NCBI GenBank assembly: GCA_963663765.2
Contig: CAXXUA010000005.1
Span: 1,184,001-1,248,000, forward strand
Length of the DNA: 64,000 nucleotides
Direction: 5' to 3'
From: Candidatus Poribacteria bacterium
GTDB lineage: Bacteria; Poribacteria; WGA-4E; WGA-3G
A program made the position numbers and the translations under genes. Positions within the stretch are counted from its first letter, which is position 1. Each line of letters opens with the position of its first letter. A model generated the notes under the pieces. It was not told the origin of the DNA. It made no database searches and saw nothing but the letters and a program-made list of their open reading frames with translations. This document shows, piece after piece, positions 50,201 to 59,799 of this stretch.

Positions 50201-52754
50201 CATCTTCTGATTGGACAGTATAGGATTCTAATTCCGTTACTGTCGGTTCTGATTGAGTTCTCCAGTGATGTGGTCTTTCAATTGCAGAAATTGTCACCTT
50301 CAAAGTACGCCCAGCATCAACATTACCTACTGGGTCAATGACGATATAGTTGAAGGTGGCTTCCGCATTTCGCTTTACTGTTCCTGTCTTTGTACGTTTG
50401 ATGCCAACATAATGAGAGTATGGATGGACAGTAAGTCGTTTTGAAGCAGAAACTGCACGTCCGCCAAGTTCCTGGACTGTCGTGCTGATATTGGCATTCA
50501 GCGCAGCTGGAGATTTTAGACCTTCAGGCAGCATAAACTGATACTCAACTTTTCCCTCTATGTCCGTTACTGCTGTATCCAGTTGCACTCGTTGATGACT
50601 GAAAGTACGGGTTGCGTCATAGAAATTGAATGAACGCCACTTTTCAGGTGGGTCAAAAGACGTTGTTGACAGGTAATAACTGGCACTAACATTTCTACCA
50701 ACCGCTGGCGTTCCAAACAGGTTCTCCGCATTGACCTCTAAGTTGACCTCATCTCCTAACATGAAAGTGTCTTTGTCCGCTGTTACCGACACCTTCATCC
50801 GATCAGGCACAAACTCTTCAACCTGAAAATGAGCGGTTCCAATCTGCTTTTCATCCGACCACATATTGGCAGAATACCAACCTGTTGGTGCATAAGCTGG
50901 GATTGGAATCTGGACTTCACACACACCTTCTTTATCTGTCTGCTTCTGAATTTCCCGTAGTTTTGAATTATATGGTGCCATTATGTCAATTCGTAATGGC
51001 AGAGATGCTGGTACTTCGTTGTTTTTACTACGCACAATTCCGATAAGATTGACTGTCTCTCCCGGTCGATATACACCGCGCTCTGTGTAGACAAACGCTT
51101 CATGTCCATCCGTTAGATATGCAATACCACCAGTGCTGAAACCGTATGTAGAAAGTTGGTGTCGCTGTAATTGCAGAAGTGAAAAGTCGTTGTCCTTTGT
51201 AACAGTCAACATGAATTGCGGATTATCTTTGAGCATATCTTCTTCTAAGGTGAGTTTAGTAAAACCCGCATCGTCAGTCTCTCCAGTGAGTAATGTTTTT
51301 TTATCACGATTATTTATCAGCTGAACTTTCGCTTTCTGTATAGGTTCTAAGGAATCAAGTGAATTGACCCACACCCATAGTTCTTTATTAATTCGTTTTG
51401 CAACAATACCAAGGTCTGTGATGACAACCAATTGCTCAGTATAGCCTCTCCTACCTCTGTCAGAATGAACCACAACCTTAAACATACCTGCATGTTCATC
51501 GGTCAAATAATCCTTTAGAGATAATGTCGTGGTAACCTCTTCGTTTAGACGGGGTTCTATCTTGAATTCACCTTGTTGAATCAGCATCGGTAACTTGTCA
51601 GAATATATCTTTGCAATTCCAAATCCGATCTGTTCGACGTTAGTCGTTCCTAAATTCAATTCCAATGCTCCTTTACGAGGCATGAAAAAGGATTGGTCTA
51701 TAAAACGGATTCTCGGATGCAGATCAGGTACATTGAGCCTTCGTACAAAAGTGTTTCTTAATATTGACCCGTCCGCTGAAGCCACACCGCGCTTAATGTT
51801 CAACGTATATTCGGAACGAAATTTAAAATCTGCATATATTTCTAACTGCTGATGATTGGCAGCTAACTTGAACGGCAAAGACGGTTCAATACTGATATGG
51901 TCCTGAAACATCTCAAGTGTAATAGGTGAACTAAAATTAAGTCTTATGAACGCAATACCATCTCGCTGTACATAGTTTGCACGACTAACCCGAAGTTCTT
52001 TTATATTTGCAAGCTGAATTGGCGCAGCACTCGTATCTTTAAGTCCTATTTCTGTTCCGATACACTTCAGTCCTTTACCGATTTTTACCTGCAAGAACCG
52101 CCCTTCAAGTAATGGCAAAATATCATCAAATTCTATGAGAACAGATTTCGTTGTAGGATTCTGCTTTTGAAAAACATAGGGAATTTCATCACCGCGCCCC
52201 GATAGTATCGAAAGAAACTCCTCTAAACCCGCAATGCTTACAGGATAGTTAAAGGTTACGTTCCCATAACCTTTCGCTTTCTTTAGGTCTTTATCATACC
52301 GAAATTCAATCACAGAACTTTCCACTTTAAACGGTGCAGTTGTATGGGTGAACTTACGTTTGCCTGTAACTGCTAAATCCGAAGATGGATTCAGTTTCGT
52401 AGCAATCTCAAAGTTGTATTCAACCGAAGGTGCTAAAGTGCCATCTAAGAAGATGCCAATCTGATTGTGTGCCATCCATCTCGCTTTTAATTCCAGTGAG
52501 GGTGTGGTCTTAATTGCATCTTTTGGCAGTTCTGTAAAAAGTTGGTCGTCTTCAACTATCGGTTTGGAGAGGGTTATTAGAAAATCCGCTACACCGCCGT
52601 TCTGGTCTCGCGGTGCAAACGACTTTATATTGATCTCCGTTTCTTCTGTCTCTTGTGCATTCACAACATACATTGAGAAACAAACAGCAGCGGACAGTAA
52701 AGTCGCAATAATAATGATTATGTGCTTTGGGAATATATTGGATTTCATGAGCAT
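47202..52754 (-). CDS. Bacterial alpha-2-macroglobulin
   Basis: Signal peptide; TERGVYRPGE, F.VEEF, AAVDEGIL, thioester motif YPHGCLEQ, and EAMYDP. Confidence 0.93.
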   Translation of the reverse strand: MLMKSNIFPKHIIIIIATLLSAAVCFSMYVVNAQETEETEINIKSFAPRDQNGGVADFLITLSKPIVEDDQLFTELPKDAIKTTPSLELKARWMAHNQIGIFLDGTLAPSVEYNFEIATKLNPSSDLAVTGKRKFTHTTAPFKVESSVIEFRYDKDLKKAKGYGNVTFNYPVSIAGLEEFLSILSGRGDEIPYVFQKQNPTTKSVLIEFDDILPLLEGRFLQVKIGKGLKCIGTEIGLKDTSAAPIQLANIKELRVSRANYVQRDGIAFIRLNFSSPITLEMFQDHISIEPSLPFKLAANHQQLEIYADFKFRSEYTLNIKRGVASADGSILRNTFVRRLNVPDLHPRIRFIDQSFFMPRKGALELNLGTTNVEQIGFGIAKIYSDKLPMLIQQGEFKIEPRLNEEVTTTLSLKDYLTDEHAGMFKVVVHSDRGRRGYTEQLVVITDLGIVAKRINKELWVWVNSLDSLEPIQKAKVQLINNRDKKTLLTGETDDAGFTKLTLEEDMLKDNPQFMLTVTKDNDFSLLQLQRHQLSTYGFSTGGIAYLTDGHEAFVYTERGVYRPGETVNLIGIVRSKNNEVPASLPLRIDIMAPYNSKLREIQKQTDKEGVCEVQIPIPAYAPTGWYSANMWSDEKQIGTAHFQVEEFVPDRMKVSVTADKDTFMLGDEVNLEVNAENLFGTPAVGRNVSASYYLSTTSFDPPEKWRSFNFYDATRTFSHQRVQLDTAVTDIEGKVEYQFMLPEGLKSPAALNANISTTVQELGGRAVSASKRLTVHPYSHYVGIKRTKTGTVKRNAEATFNYIVIDPVGNVDAGRTLKVTISAIERPHHWRTQSEPTVTELESYTVQSEDGIADFSFTPVAFGVHRVEVEDVEGGAKVSTQFYVAEWGGVSWSKENPNTLDMTLDKAAYRPGEKAKLTIKAPFSGKVLLTIEREKVLSFQTVMIDADTATLTIPVQDDYGPNVYLSAMLIRSTTSLEKDLPARAFGVVPLKLDAKQHELTVEMDTPEQIRPNSEVEIKFKVQGERKGQPYRIAIAAVDEGILQLTSYQTPQPHNRFYQQRRLNTISYEFYNTITKDDQFPIKPIESLADLMNVVISEMAKVTEHSQLMREERLVESLQADSEVADLAFSRRERGLGIARQSALSTVSSKLQSRLNTDSVVRVSSVALWSGLTTTDVEGNGSVRFKVPQFNGTLRVMAVAFSGVDYGSATEKIQVRDPVVLTPTFPRFLTGGDQVRIPVSIYNSTGNTGTFTVKLKGTGPVQLLTENGPKNHLVFAKEDSLEKQMQIASGKEGQLYFDVVTHDEIGIAEFNLSASGNGEDIQFAPMRLPVRSAAPPVTKTGHGIVREGEPADFIFPSNLRAETSEFMLTVSPLPSVRFANGLRYLVRYPHGCLEQTTSRVFPLLYLSDLARIVEPELAEEGKIDEYINAGITKLEDMLLPDHNFAYWQGRSHINNWSSVYASHFLVEARKAGYKVSDNVYNRMLEGLRQQARRGGSINVPHEKSDRYLLARAAYACYVLAAANQPEKSVMHYLRNNRLTELNVYSQFQLAGAFALSGDVETALSMLPEEIVLDDKETRDSGRNFDSSIRAQAIILDVLVEIKEDHPAITKLVESLTEAAAKGQRWTNTQENAFALLALGKFLNKRPNQKYTGTLTRNGAHFANFDSTSARHTGSDWDGEKIDITVKGEGTCYYYWEAFGISRDSYIEEYGRELQLTRRYLTPDGSRVKNNFKQGELVIAEITVEALTSNLANVAVVDMLPAGFEIENPRLVTREGASTANRKGYRPSYVDIRDDRLVFYGTFQLRRQERFYYALRAVTEGTFTVPPVSAEAMYDPTKSAVASMGTIQIVK

Positions 52755-52856
52755 GCCTCCTATTTTAGAGGAAATCGGGTTAACAAAATATTTATCACTA
52801 AAATGACATTTTTGGGGATTACGATTCGCTCAAACTTAATTTCAGATTTGTGTGGA

Positions 52857-53789
52857 TTAGTTGGCATCAACCTTCAAACTTCCTACCAATGACTTTATTG
52901 AACTCATGTTTACCTTCTCAAGATATGTCTGAATGCCTTTCACGACCTCTATGGATGCTTGTGGATTGACAAAGTTAGCGGTTCCGATTGCTACTGCAGA
53001 TGCCCCTGCAATGAAAAATTCCACGGCATCTGTCGCAGTCATAATACCTCCCATGCCAACAATCGGAATAGAGACATTTTTGTAAACCTCCCAAACCAAT
53101 CTCAATGCAACAGGTTTAATAGCAGGTCCGGAGAGTCCCCCTGTAATATTTGCAAGTTCCGGTTGCCGGGTATCCGCGTTGATCGCCATACCCAGTAAGG
53201 TGTTAATCGCAGAGAGTGCATCTGCTCCAGCATCTTCAATGGCACGTGCAATCACAGTAATATCCGTAACATTAGGTGATAGTTTTACCAGCACAGGTAA
53301 ACGTGTTTTCGCTCTTACTTCTTTGACAAGCTGATGTGCTAAAGTGGCATCAACACCAAAACTCATGCCACCACAATCAAGGTTCGGACAGGAGATATTC
53401 AGTTCCACACCAGCAACACCTTCAGCATCGTCAAGTTTCTCAACAACTATAAGATATTCCTCAACCGTTTTCCCACAAACATTGACAATCACAGGCACAT
53501 CAAAATCGCGTAGATAAGGTAACTTCTCCGAAATAAACCCATCTACACCTACATTTTGCAACCCAATAGCGTTGAGCATGCCAGACGGTGTTTCCATAAT
53601 GCGGTCCATCGGATTACCGGGCCACGGTACGCTTGTAACACCTTTGACAACAACCGCACCAAGTTTGTTCAGGTCAACGAAATCCGCGTATTCACTGCCA
53701 TAACCGAAGGTCCCAGATGCAGTCATCACAGGATTCCGCATCCGTATCCCGCCAATATTCACGCTGAGTGAGGTAATTTCTTCATTCAT
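52857..53789 (-). CDS. pyrD: Dihydroorotate dehydrogenase 1B catalytic subunit
   Basis: ASGTFG, NAIGLQN, ELNISCPN, VKLSPN and GGLSG motifs. Confidence 0.95.
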   Translation of the reverse strand: MNEEITSLSVNIGGIRMRNPVMTASGTFGYGSEYADFVDLNKLGAVVVKGVTSVPWPGNPMDRIMETPSGMLNAIGLQNVGVDGFISEKLPYLRDFDVPVIVNVCGKTVEEYLIVVEKLDDAEGVAGVELNISCPNLDCGGMSFGVDATLAHQLVKEVRAKTRLPVLVKLSPNVTDITVIARAIEDAGADALSAINTLLGMAINADTRQPELANITGGLSGPAIKPVALRLVWEVYKNVSIPIVGMGGIMTATDAVEFFIAGASAVAIGTANFVNPQASIEVVKGIQTYLEKVNMSSIKSLVGSLKVDAN

Positions 53790-53810
53790 TCTGATTAAAA
53801 ATGTAATTAT

Positions 53811-54022
53811 CAGGACTTACGCACACAACGGTAGGCGCGCTTTGTAAGCACGCTGGAAAACGAAAAAATGCTGAAAATTACAACATTTTCGTCATAATAT
53901 TTGAATAATCATGAAAACTGCGTAATACCAAATTAACGGAATTTATCTTTTTCCAACGGTAGGTGCGGTTTCCTAACCGCACACTTAGCAAGACGGATTA
54001 CGTTAATTGGGTATAAGTCCTG
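53811..54022. mobile_element. CAGGACTTACGCA-ended MITE with a nested insertion
   Basis: 7-bp duplication TAATTAT; right TIR split by the 53926-54013 element. Confidence 0.85.
53926..54013. mobile_element. 88-bp nested MITE
   Basis: TACCAAATTAACG / CGTTAATTGGGTA (12/13); TAA duplication; internal GTAGGTGCGGTTTCCTAACCGCAC REP. Confidence 0.8.
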
Positions 54023-54079
54023 TAATTATATTCTAAAGTTGATTCCAATAACATAACTAACGTTCAACTTACCTACGTG

Positions 54080-56422
54080 CTACTGTTTATCTTCTCTTAG
54101 ATTGCGGAGTTCTCGTTCAATCCTGAAAATGAGTTTTTGATCATTAATCTGCTTCGCGAGGTTCAATGCGGTTTGAAAATCTTGTTTCGCTTCCGCAACT
54201 TTCCCGTTCTGTTTATTCACAATTCCTTTGCTGATAGAAGCGGTTGCATAATCTGAAATAGCAGCGTTGTTGTTTCCAAGTTTTTGCATCAGATCACCGC
54301 GACTGTAATATACATCAGGATACTGAATAGTAATGGCTATTGCTCTATTATAATCCTCAAGAGCATCTTTGTGTCGTTCAAGAGCTGCTTTAGCTTTACC
54401 GCGAATATGATAAGCTGAAGCATAACGAGTATTGAGTTGTGTGACTATGTCAAGATCGAGAATAGCCTCTGTATATTGTCCAACTTCATATTTCGCACTG
54501 CCGCGATTGTAATATGCCTGGATATATTCCGGTTTTAGTTTTATGGTAGTATCAAAATCTGAGATGGCATCCACATATCGTTTTAGACTTAACTTCGCCT
54601 GTCCACGCTTATGATGAGCCAAAGCATCATCAGGTTTTAGTTCTATATAGGCATTGTAATCCATCACAGCAGCATTGTACTTATTGAGATAGTTTAGCAT
54701 GATAAATGCGCGCCTGTAGTACGGAAAAGCATAATTAGGATTTAATTTTATAGCGGTACTATGGTCCGCAATTGCGGTATCATACTGTTTTAGGTTTTCG
54801 TTCGCAATTCCACGATTATAATAATATGTTGGATTATCAGGATCAAGTTTCATGGCGATCTCATAATCTGAAATCGCAGCTTCATATTGTCTGAGTGCTA
54901 ATTTAACATTCCCGCGATTGTTGTAAGGAAAAACATAATTTGGATTTATTTTGATCGCAGTATCAAAATCTAACATCGCATCAGCGTATTGTTTCGCACT
55001 ATACTTTGCTCTGCCACGATAGTAGTAATATACAGGATTATTAGGATTTATTCTTATAGCAGCATCATAATCTAAAATGGCATCAGTATGTTGTTGGAGG
55101 AAGCGTTTTGCCTCTGCACGATACAAGTAAGTAAAAGCATCATTAGGATTTAGTTTTATCGCGGCATCATAATTTATGATCGCGTCTGCATACTGTCTGA
55201 GAAATCGCATGGCATCACCACGGTTTTTGTAAGCCTCTACATAATCGGGTTTTAGTCTTATGGCAGTGTCATAATCCGCAACCGCACCCTCTAAATCACT
55301 GAGGTATCGTTTTGTAAAACCCCTATCATTATATGCTTGCGCGAAATCAGGTTTTTGCCTGATTGCAGTATCAAAATCTGGAATTGCACTCTTGAATTGT
55401 TTTAAGCGTAACTTGGCTCTGCCACGATTATAGTAAAGCGATGGTTCATCAGGTGTTAGTTTTATTGCAACATCGTAATCAGCAATCGCTTCCTTGTATT
55501 GCTTGAGTGAGAACCTAAGATGACCACGGTTACTGTAAGCCTGCACAAAATCGGGTTTTAGTCTTATGGCATCAATATAATCCAAAAGAGCAGATGCGTT
55601 TCGTTTAAGGTTTTGCTTCGCATAGCCGCGAAAATAATATGATGCGAAGTTATCAGGATTGTAGAAAAGTGCTGTTGTCAAATCGTCAATAGATGCAGCA
55701 TAATCCCCTTGATCAAAGTGAGCTTTTCCAGATTTATAGAAAAACTCAGCGGATATATTCCCAAGTTCATGATGTTCCCACAAAGGTTTGATATGTTTTG
55801 CCCGAATTAGTAGGGCAATCAGTGACTCTGATGGAACAACAATAATACCTCCTCTCATGTTCCAAACAGGATTTAAGCCTACGCCGATCACTTCCCCAAC
55901 TTTATTTAGCACTGGACTCCCACTGTGTATCAATGGGATTTGCGTTCTTATTTCATATTGCTTTTCCGGTTGTATTCCTTGCCGACTCATGATGTCCCCC
56001 TCCGTGAACACACCTGCCGAGTCTTTTTCGTTGCATCCAGCAATATATACTTTTTTGCTTGTTGCAATAGTGCTGCTGTCACCTATCGGTAGCGGCGTTA
56101 TACCAGCTGTTGTAACGCGCAGCAGCACCAATTCACTTTTCGGGTCTATTAAAACGACGTTTTCTATCGTATAGATTTCATCTTCACCGACTAATTTCGC
56201 AGTGCCTGTCGCTGCACCTATTACTACGTCGGAATTGGTCACAATCAGTGTGTCTGAGACAAAGAACCCATTCCCGATACTGATTGGCTTATCACTGTCA
56301 TCCTTCATCTCTAAAAAGACTGTAGCATCTAACGCTTTTTCGCTAATCTTTTCGGATGATGCTGTAATGGTTGCAACGCATATTAGTAAGAATATGATAG
56401 GAATTATGGTATATCTGCGCAT
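54080..56422 (-). CDS. Secreted trypsin-like domain plus long TPR array
   Basis: Signal peptide; GNGFFV..IVTN, SGSPVLN..GEVIGV; about 15 AY.NRG TPR repeats. Confidence 0.9.
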   Translation of the reverse strand: MRRYTIIPIIFLLICVATITASSEKISEKALDATVFLEMKDDSDKPISIGNGFFVSDTLIVTNSDVVIGAATGTAKLVGEDEIYTIENVVLIDPKSELVLLRVTTAGITPLPIGDSSTIATSKKVYIAGCNEKDSAGVFTEGDIMSRQGIQPEKQYEIRTQIPLIHSGSPVLNKVGEVIGVGLNPVWNMRGGIIVVPSESLIALLIRAKHIKPLWEHHELGNISAEFFYKSGKAHFDQGDYAASIDDLTTALFYNPDNFASYYFRGYAKQNLKRNASALLDYIDAIRLKPDFVQAYSNRGHLRFSLKQYKEAIADYDVAIKLTPDEPSLYYNRGRAKLRLKQFKSAIPDFDTAIRQKPDFAQAYNDRGFTKRYLSDLEGAVADYDTAIRLKPDYVEAYKNRGDAMRFLRQYADAIINYDAAIKLNPNDAFTYLYRAEAKRFLQQHTDAILDYDAAIRINPNNPVYYYYRGRAKYSAKQYADAMLDFDTAIKINPNYVFPYNNRGNVKLALRQYEAAISDYEIAMKLDPDNPTYYYNRGIANENLKQYDTAIADHSTAIKLNPNYAFPYYRRAFIMLNYLNKYNAAVMDYNAYIELKPDDALAHHKRGQAKLSLKRYVDAISDFDTTIKLKPEYIQAYYNRGSAKYEVGQYTEAILDLDIVTQLNTRYASAYHIRGKAKAALERHKDALEDYNRAIAITIQYPDVYYSRGDLMQKLGNNNAAISDYATASISKGIVNKQNGKVAEAKQDFQTALNLAKQINDQKLIFRIERELRNLREDKQ

Positions 56423-56614
56423 AATACACCTTTATTGAATGTGAAGGATGGAACACATAAGTATATTTGTGTGCATGTGTCTTAATTATATTATGCATTG
56501 TGGTTATTTTCAAGGTTTTTATTGAGTGTATACAATTTTTGACTTCTTTGAAACAAGGTATCCAATTCACCGCCTACAATGAATTTCGCTGTTGAATGAC
56601 AAATCCTTACTACA

Positions 56615-58525
56615 TCACCAACTTAAATAAACAACGCGATAATCAAAAAACAACCCCAAAATACTTATCACAGATGCAACGATTACATCCCCAATCACCA
56701 GCCCAATAAAAAACGGGATAGCACGCCGATATAACCGAACCCCACCTGTTGAAAGTAGTATCCTTTTTACCGTCCAACTGATTAATAGCGGAAACCATAG
56801 CCCAGTAAACGTCCACCAACTTGATACAACATAGCCAACAGGATGCAGCGGAAACTGAATGAATCGCCACCGCAATAGCAGTAAACTGATAGCAAAAATA
56901 AACCCACCAGCAGTATACACCATGCCACCGATATTTGTGTCGTTAGGATTGTGTAACCATCCTGCAAGTCGATTGAATGCGGCGCGGGCATACCAAGAAC
57001 GCGCATTCTCTAAACCGACATGATACGAGAGGTGCAGATGTCCCCACGCAGCCGAAAACGCACCAACTATAATTGCAATTGCTAATACCCATAGCAGTTG
57101 CGTGGCATTAAATCGTGTTTGATGTGCAAGTTTCAATGCCTCTAATTGATGTGGCATCGGATGTGCGCGGTAAGACAAATGGTTCAACCAGAAGAATAAC
57201 GTCATCACTGACAAATTGCGATTACCAATACGACGTGTCCCGAACGCATCTGTCAAGAGCAAGTCTGGACCGGCATTGTATAGATCGTGTGCAGGCGGTC
57301 CCAACTCGGCACGAATACGAGTAATCGTAATTGACATAGCAAAATATATCACAAAAAATAACGCTGCAAACCATAAAGACATGCCAGCTTTCAGACAAAA
57401 AGCCAAAATCAAAATGAAACCTAAAACTGCACCGACCACTGCTGTTTTGTAGCGTAACGCTTCACCCGCATCACTATCAGTCGGGGAACGACTGCGAAAC
57501 AAGGTTTTCAGTACTCCCTTCACATGAGAACGTCCCATCCACAACGTCCAGAGAAATAGTGCTATCCAAACACCGCGGATCTGTGCCATCTCTCTCGGAA
57601 ATCCGATGGCACTGCGCCACCCAAAACTCTGCCCAACGATCCTTTCAAAATGCCAAAACAGGTGAAAAAACCAGCATGAAAATCCCAAATCCAACGGAAT
57701 CAGAAAGCCAATCCCGATGGCAAACGGAAAGAAACTGATGCGGAATCCCGGTCTATTCATAGCACTCCACGGACTTTCGGTAAGACGAAAACTATGATAA
57801 AGCGGAATTGACGGGAAAACAGGATTAATTTGGTGTAAACTATAGAGAAGATTCAGAAGGGCAGCAATGCTTAACCCAACAATCATCATGCGTCGATTGA
57901 AAAAACGACTTTTGCCTTGCGTGATTTCAAGTGGGAGCTGCGCAATCGGGTAGGTGAGACGTTCATGTTCCTGCCACTGCTTCCGTAACAGCACATTCAG
58001 GCAAAGCATCGTTACACCGATAACAAGGCAAAAACCCACCCAAGTAAGGGTTGGCACTAACCATGCATTCAGGTGTGCTTGAAGATAGAACGTGGATTCG
58101 CCTTCATAGAAACCGCGTAATACATCCCGATTGCTAACAACAAGCGATTCTGGAAGATGTTGATGAAAAAGTTGTGACCATTCGTTTTCAGGGGTTGCGT
58201 ACCAAAACCCATTGCCCATCAACGGTACCAGTACCTGCAGCATGTCGCGACCTGCAAAAACGGATGCTTGACACAGCATGGCATAAATTGTAAGCAACTC
58301 CGTTTGTGTCAACGCAAGTGTGGGACGTAACCGACGTAGGAACGAATTGATCGCAACGAGGATGAGCAACGTAAACAGCACATTAAACAATAACGCTAAA
58401 CTCGTGGGACGATTAGAATCCCAGATATAACTCAGGTGTAATATCCAGTAACTATTAAGCGGTATAAGAGCAATGCCAATTAACGTTGCACGTAACGTGA
58501 TAGGACTTTTCACTGGAGACTTCAT
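56615..58525 (-). CDS. Polytopic membrane protein (DUF6785 / OPT-like putative transporter)
   Basis: ELLTIY, LRKQW...ERLTYPIAQLP, RIRAELG, FPLHPVGY and PFFIGL motifs; many TM segments. Confidence 0.8.
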   Translation of the reverse strand: MKSPVKSPITLRATLIGIALIPLNSYWILHLSYIWDSNRPTSLALLFNVLFTLLILVAINSFLRRLRPTLALTQTELLTIYAMLCQASVFAGRDMLQVLVPLMGNGFWYATPENEWSQLFHQHLPESLVVSNRDVLRGFYEGESTFYLQAHLNAWLVPTLTWVGFCLVIGVTMLCLNVLLRKQWQEHERLTYPIAQLPLEITQGKSRFFNRRMMIVGLSIAALLNLLYSLHQINPVFPSIPLYHSFRLTESPWSAMNRPGFRISFFPFAIGIGFLIPLDLGFSCWFFHLFWHFERIVGQSFGWRSAIGFPREMAQIRGVWIALFLWTLWMGRSHVKGVLKTLFRSRSPTDSDAGEALRYKTAVVGAVLGFILILAFCLKAGMSLWFAALFFVIYFAMSITITRIRAELGPPAHDLYNAGPDLLLTDAFGTRRIGNRNLSVMTLFFWLNHLSYRAHPMPHQLEALKLAHQTRFNATQLLWVLAIAIIVGAFSAAWGHLHLSYHVGLENARSWYARAAFNRLAGWLHNPNDTNIGGMVYTAGGFIFAISLLLLRWRFIQFPLHPVGYVVSSWWTFTGLWFPLLISWTVKRILLSTGGVRLYRRAIPFFIGLVIGDVIVASVISILGLFFDYRVVYLSW

Positions 58526-58540
58526 AGAGAGGAAAGAAAA

Positions 58541-58753
58541 ATGGTAATGGCGGTATTCGGGTTCGTTGTCTTGATTCTGATAGGTGGTGGCGTGCTGGTT
58601 GCCCGGTTAGCAACCGTCGCAAAATCCAAAGGTGCTTGGGTATGGGGTGTCTTTATTCTTATCCTCCTTATCTGTATTCCACTTTTTCTGTTAGGTATCT
58701 GCGTATGGTTGCTGAACTTCTATAATATAGATTTTGATTTTTTTGAGAATTAA
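58541..58753 (+). CDS. Small hydrophobic protein
   Basis: 70 aa with two TM-like segments; GAGG RBS. Confidence 0.45.
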   Translation: MVMAVFGFVVLILIGGGVLVARLATVAKSKGAWVWGVFILILLICIPLFLLGICVWLLNFYNIDFDFFEN

Positions 58754-59451
58754 CCCATATTCGTTGGTGCTTCGTCTGCACTTTCTACCTTTGCAGAAGC
58801 GGGAGATTTCCCAGCTATGTAGAGAAACCAAAAGGTTAACCCAATGGCAATGACAATCCATATTATACCCCACAACTCTGTGGAAGGAAAAGTTATTTCT
58901 GATAACATCCGAGCATCTGAACGCAAATGCGACCTATCCAAAACATCACTTTTAATGTCAAGAACAGCATAGAGGCAACTTGACACACCAATTATCTTTA
59001 ATACCCATTCATTCACAATCACCGGCAAAAACATACCAAAAAGAATTAACACTGCACCAAAACCGATACCAAACAGATAAGTAAACAGATTGGAGCCAAA
59101 ACCGATAGTAATCGCTATCATTCCGATGCCGATCAACACACTCACCGATTTGCTAAAACGTGTTCTTGCTGCCAATAACAGGATAATACCACCCCATATC
59201 AAACTACCAAGGTAACCAGCAGTTAACACCCAAAACCTCGATCCGCCATAGGTATATGCATGTCCGCCTTGTTGAGGATTAACCTGAAATTCACCAAATT
59301 TGCCACCAGTGACAACACCTGCAAACCCATGACTTATTTCGTGCATAAACACAACGAAAATCTTGAGCGGATACATTACCACTGTATTCCACAATAGCGC
59401 GATACCGATAAATATTAGTAATAACGCAATATAACGTTTAAATAATTCCAT
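58750..59451 (-). CDS. M50B-like membrane metallopeptidase
   Basis: HEISH, AGYLGS and SDA motifs. Confidence 0.88.
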   Translation of the reverse strand: MELFKRYIALLLIFIGIALLWNTVVMYPLKIFVVFMHEISHGFAGVVTGGKFGEFQVNPQQGGHAYTYGGSRFWVLTAGYLGSLIWGGIILLLAARTRFSKSVSVLIGIGMIAITIGFGSNLFTYLFGIGFGAVLILFGMFLPVIVNEWVLKIIGVSSCLYAVLDIKSDVLDRSHLRSDARMLSEITFPSTELWGIIWIVIAIGLTFWFLYIAGKSPASAKVESADEAPTNMG

Positions 59452-59542
59452 TATTTTTCTCAATAATAATTCAGTAATTCGCAGACATACCGCAATAAAC
59501 GAGTTACGTCAATAATTAGGAAAGTAAGATCAATGCCAATGT

Positions 59543-59674
59543 CAGAAGCATTCAATTGTCCCTATACATCTTTGTAGGAGGGGTTTGTAACCCCGATGTG
59601 TTATGCTTGTTCTCTGAAATCGGGGTTACAAACCCCTCCCACATGAGTCCATTTCGGACAATTGAATACCTCTG
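59543..59674. mobile_element. Second ATTCAATTGTC-TIR MITE carrying a paired REP
   Basis: CAGAAGCATTCAATTGTC / GACAATTGAATACCTCTG around GTAGGAGGGGTTTGTAACCCCGAT...ATCGGGGTTACAAACCCTCCCAC. Confidence 0.8.
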
Positions 59675-59799
59675 ATACCTAATGTCAAAATGCTTGCATG
59701 TTGAATGACAATCTGCTATAGTATATCACAAGTTATGTAAATATACACGCAAAAAGTGATGGTTTACACCACAAATCACGCTTATCGGAATAAAAAGAA

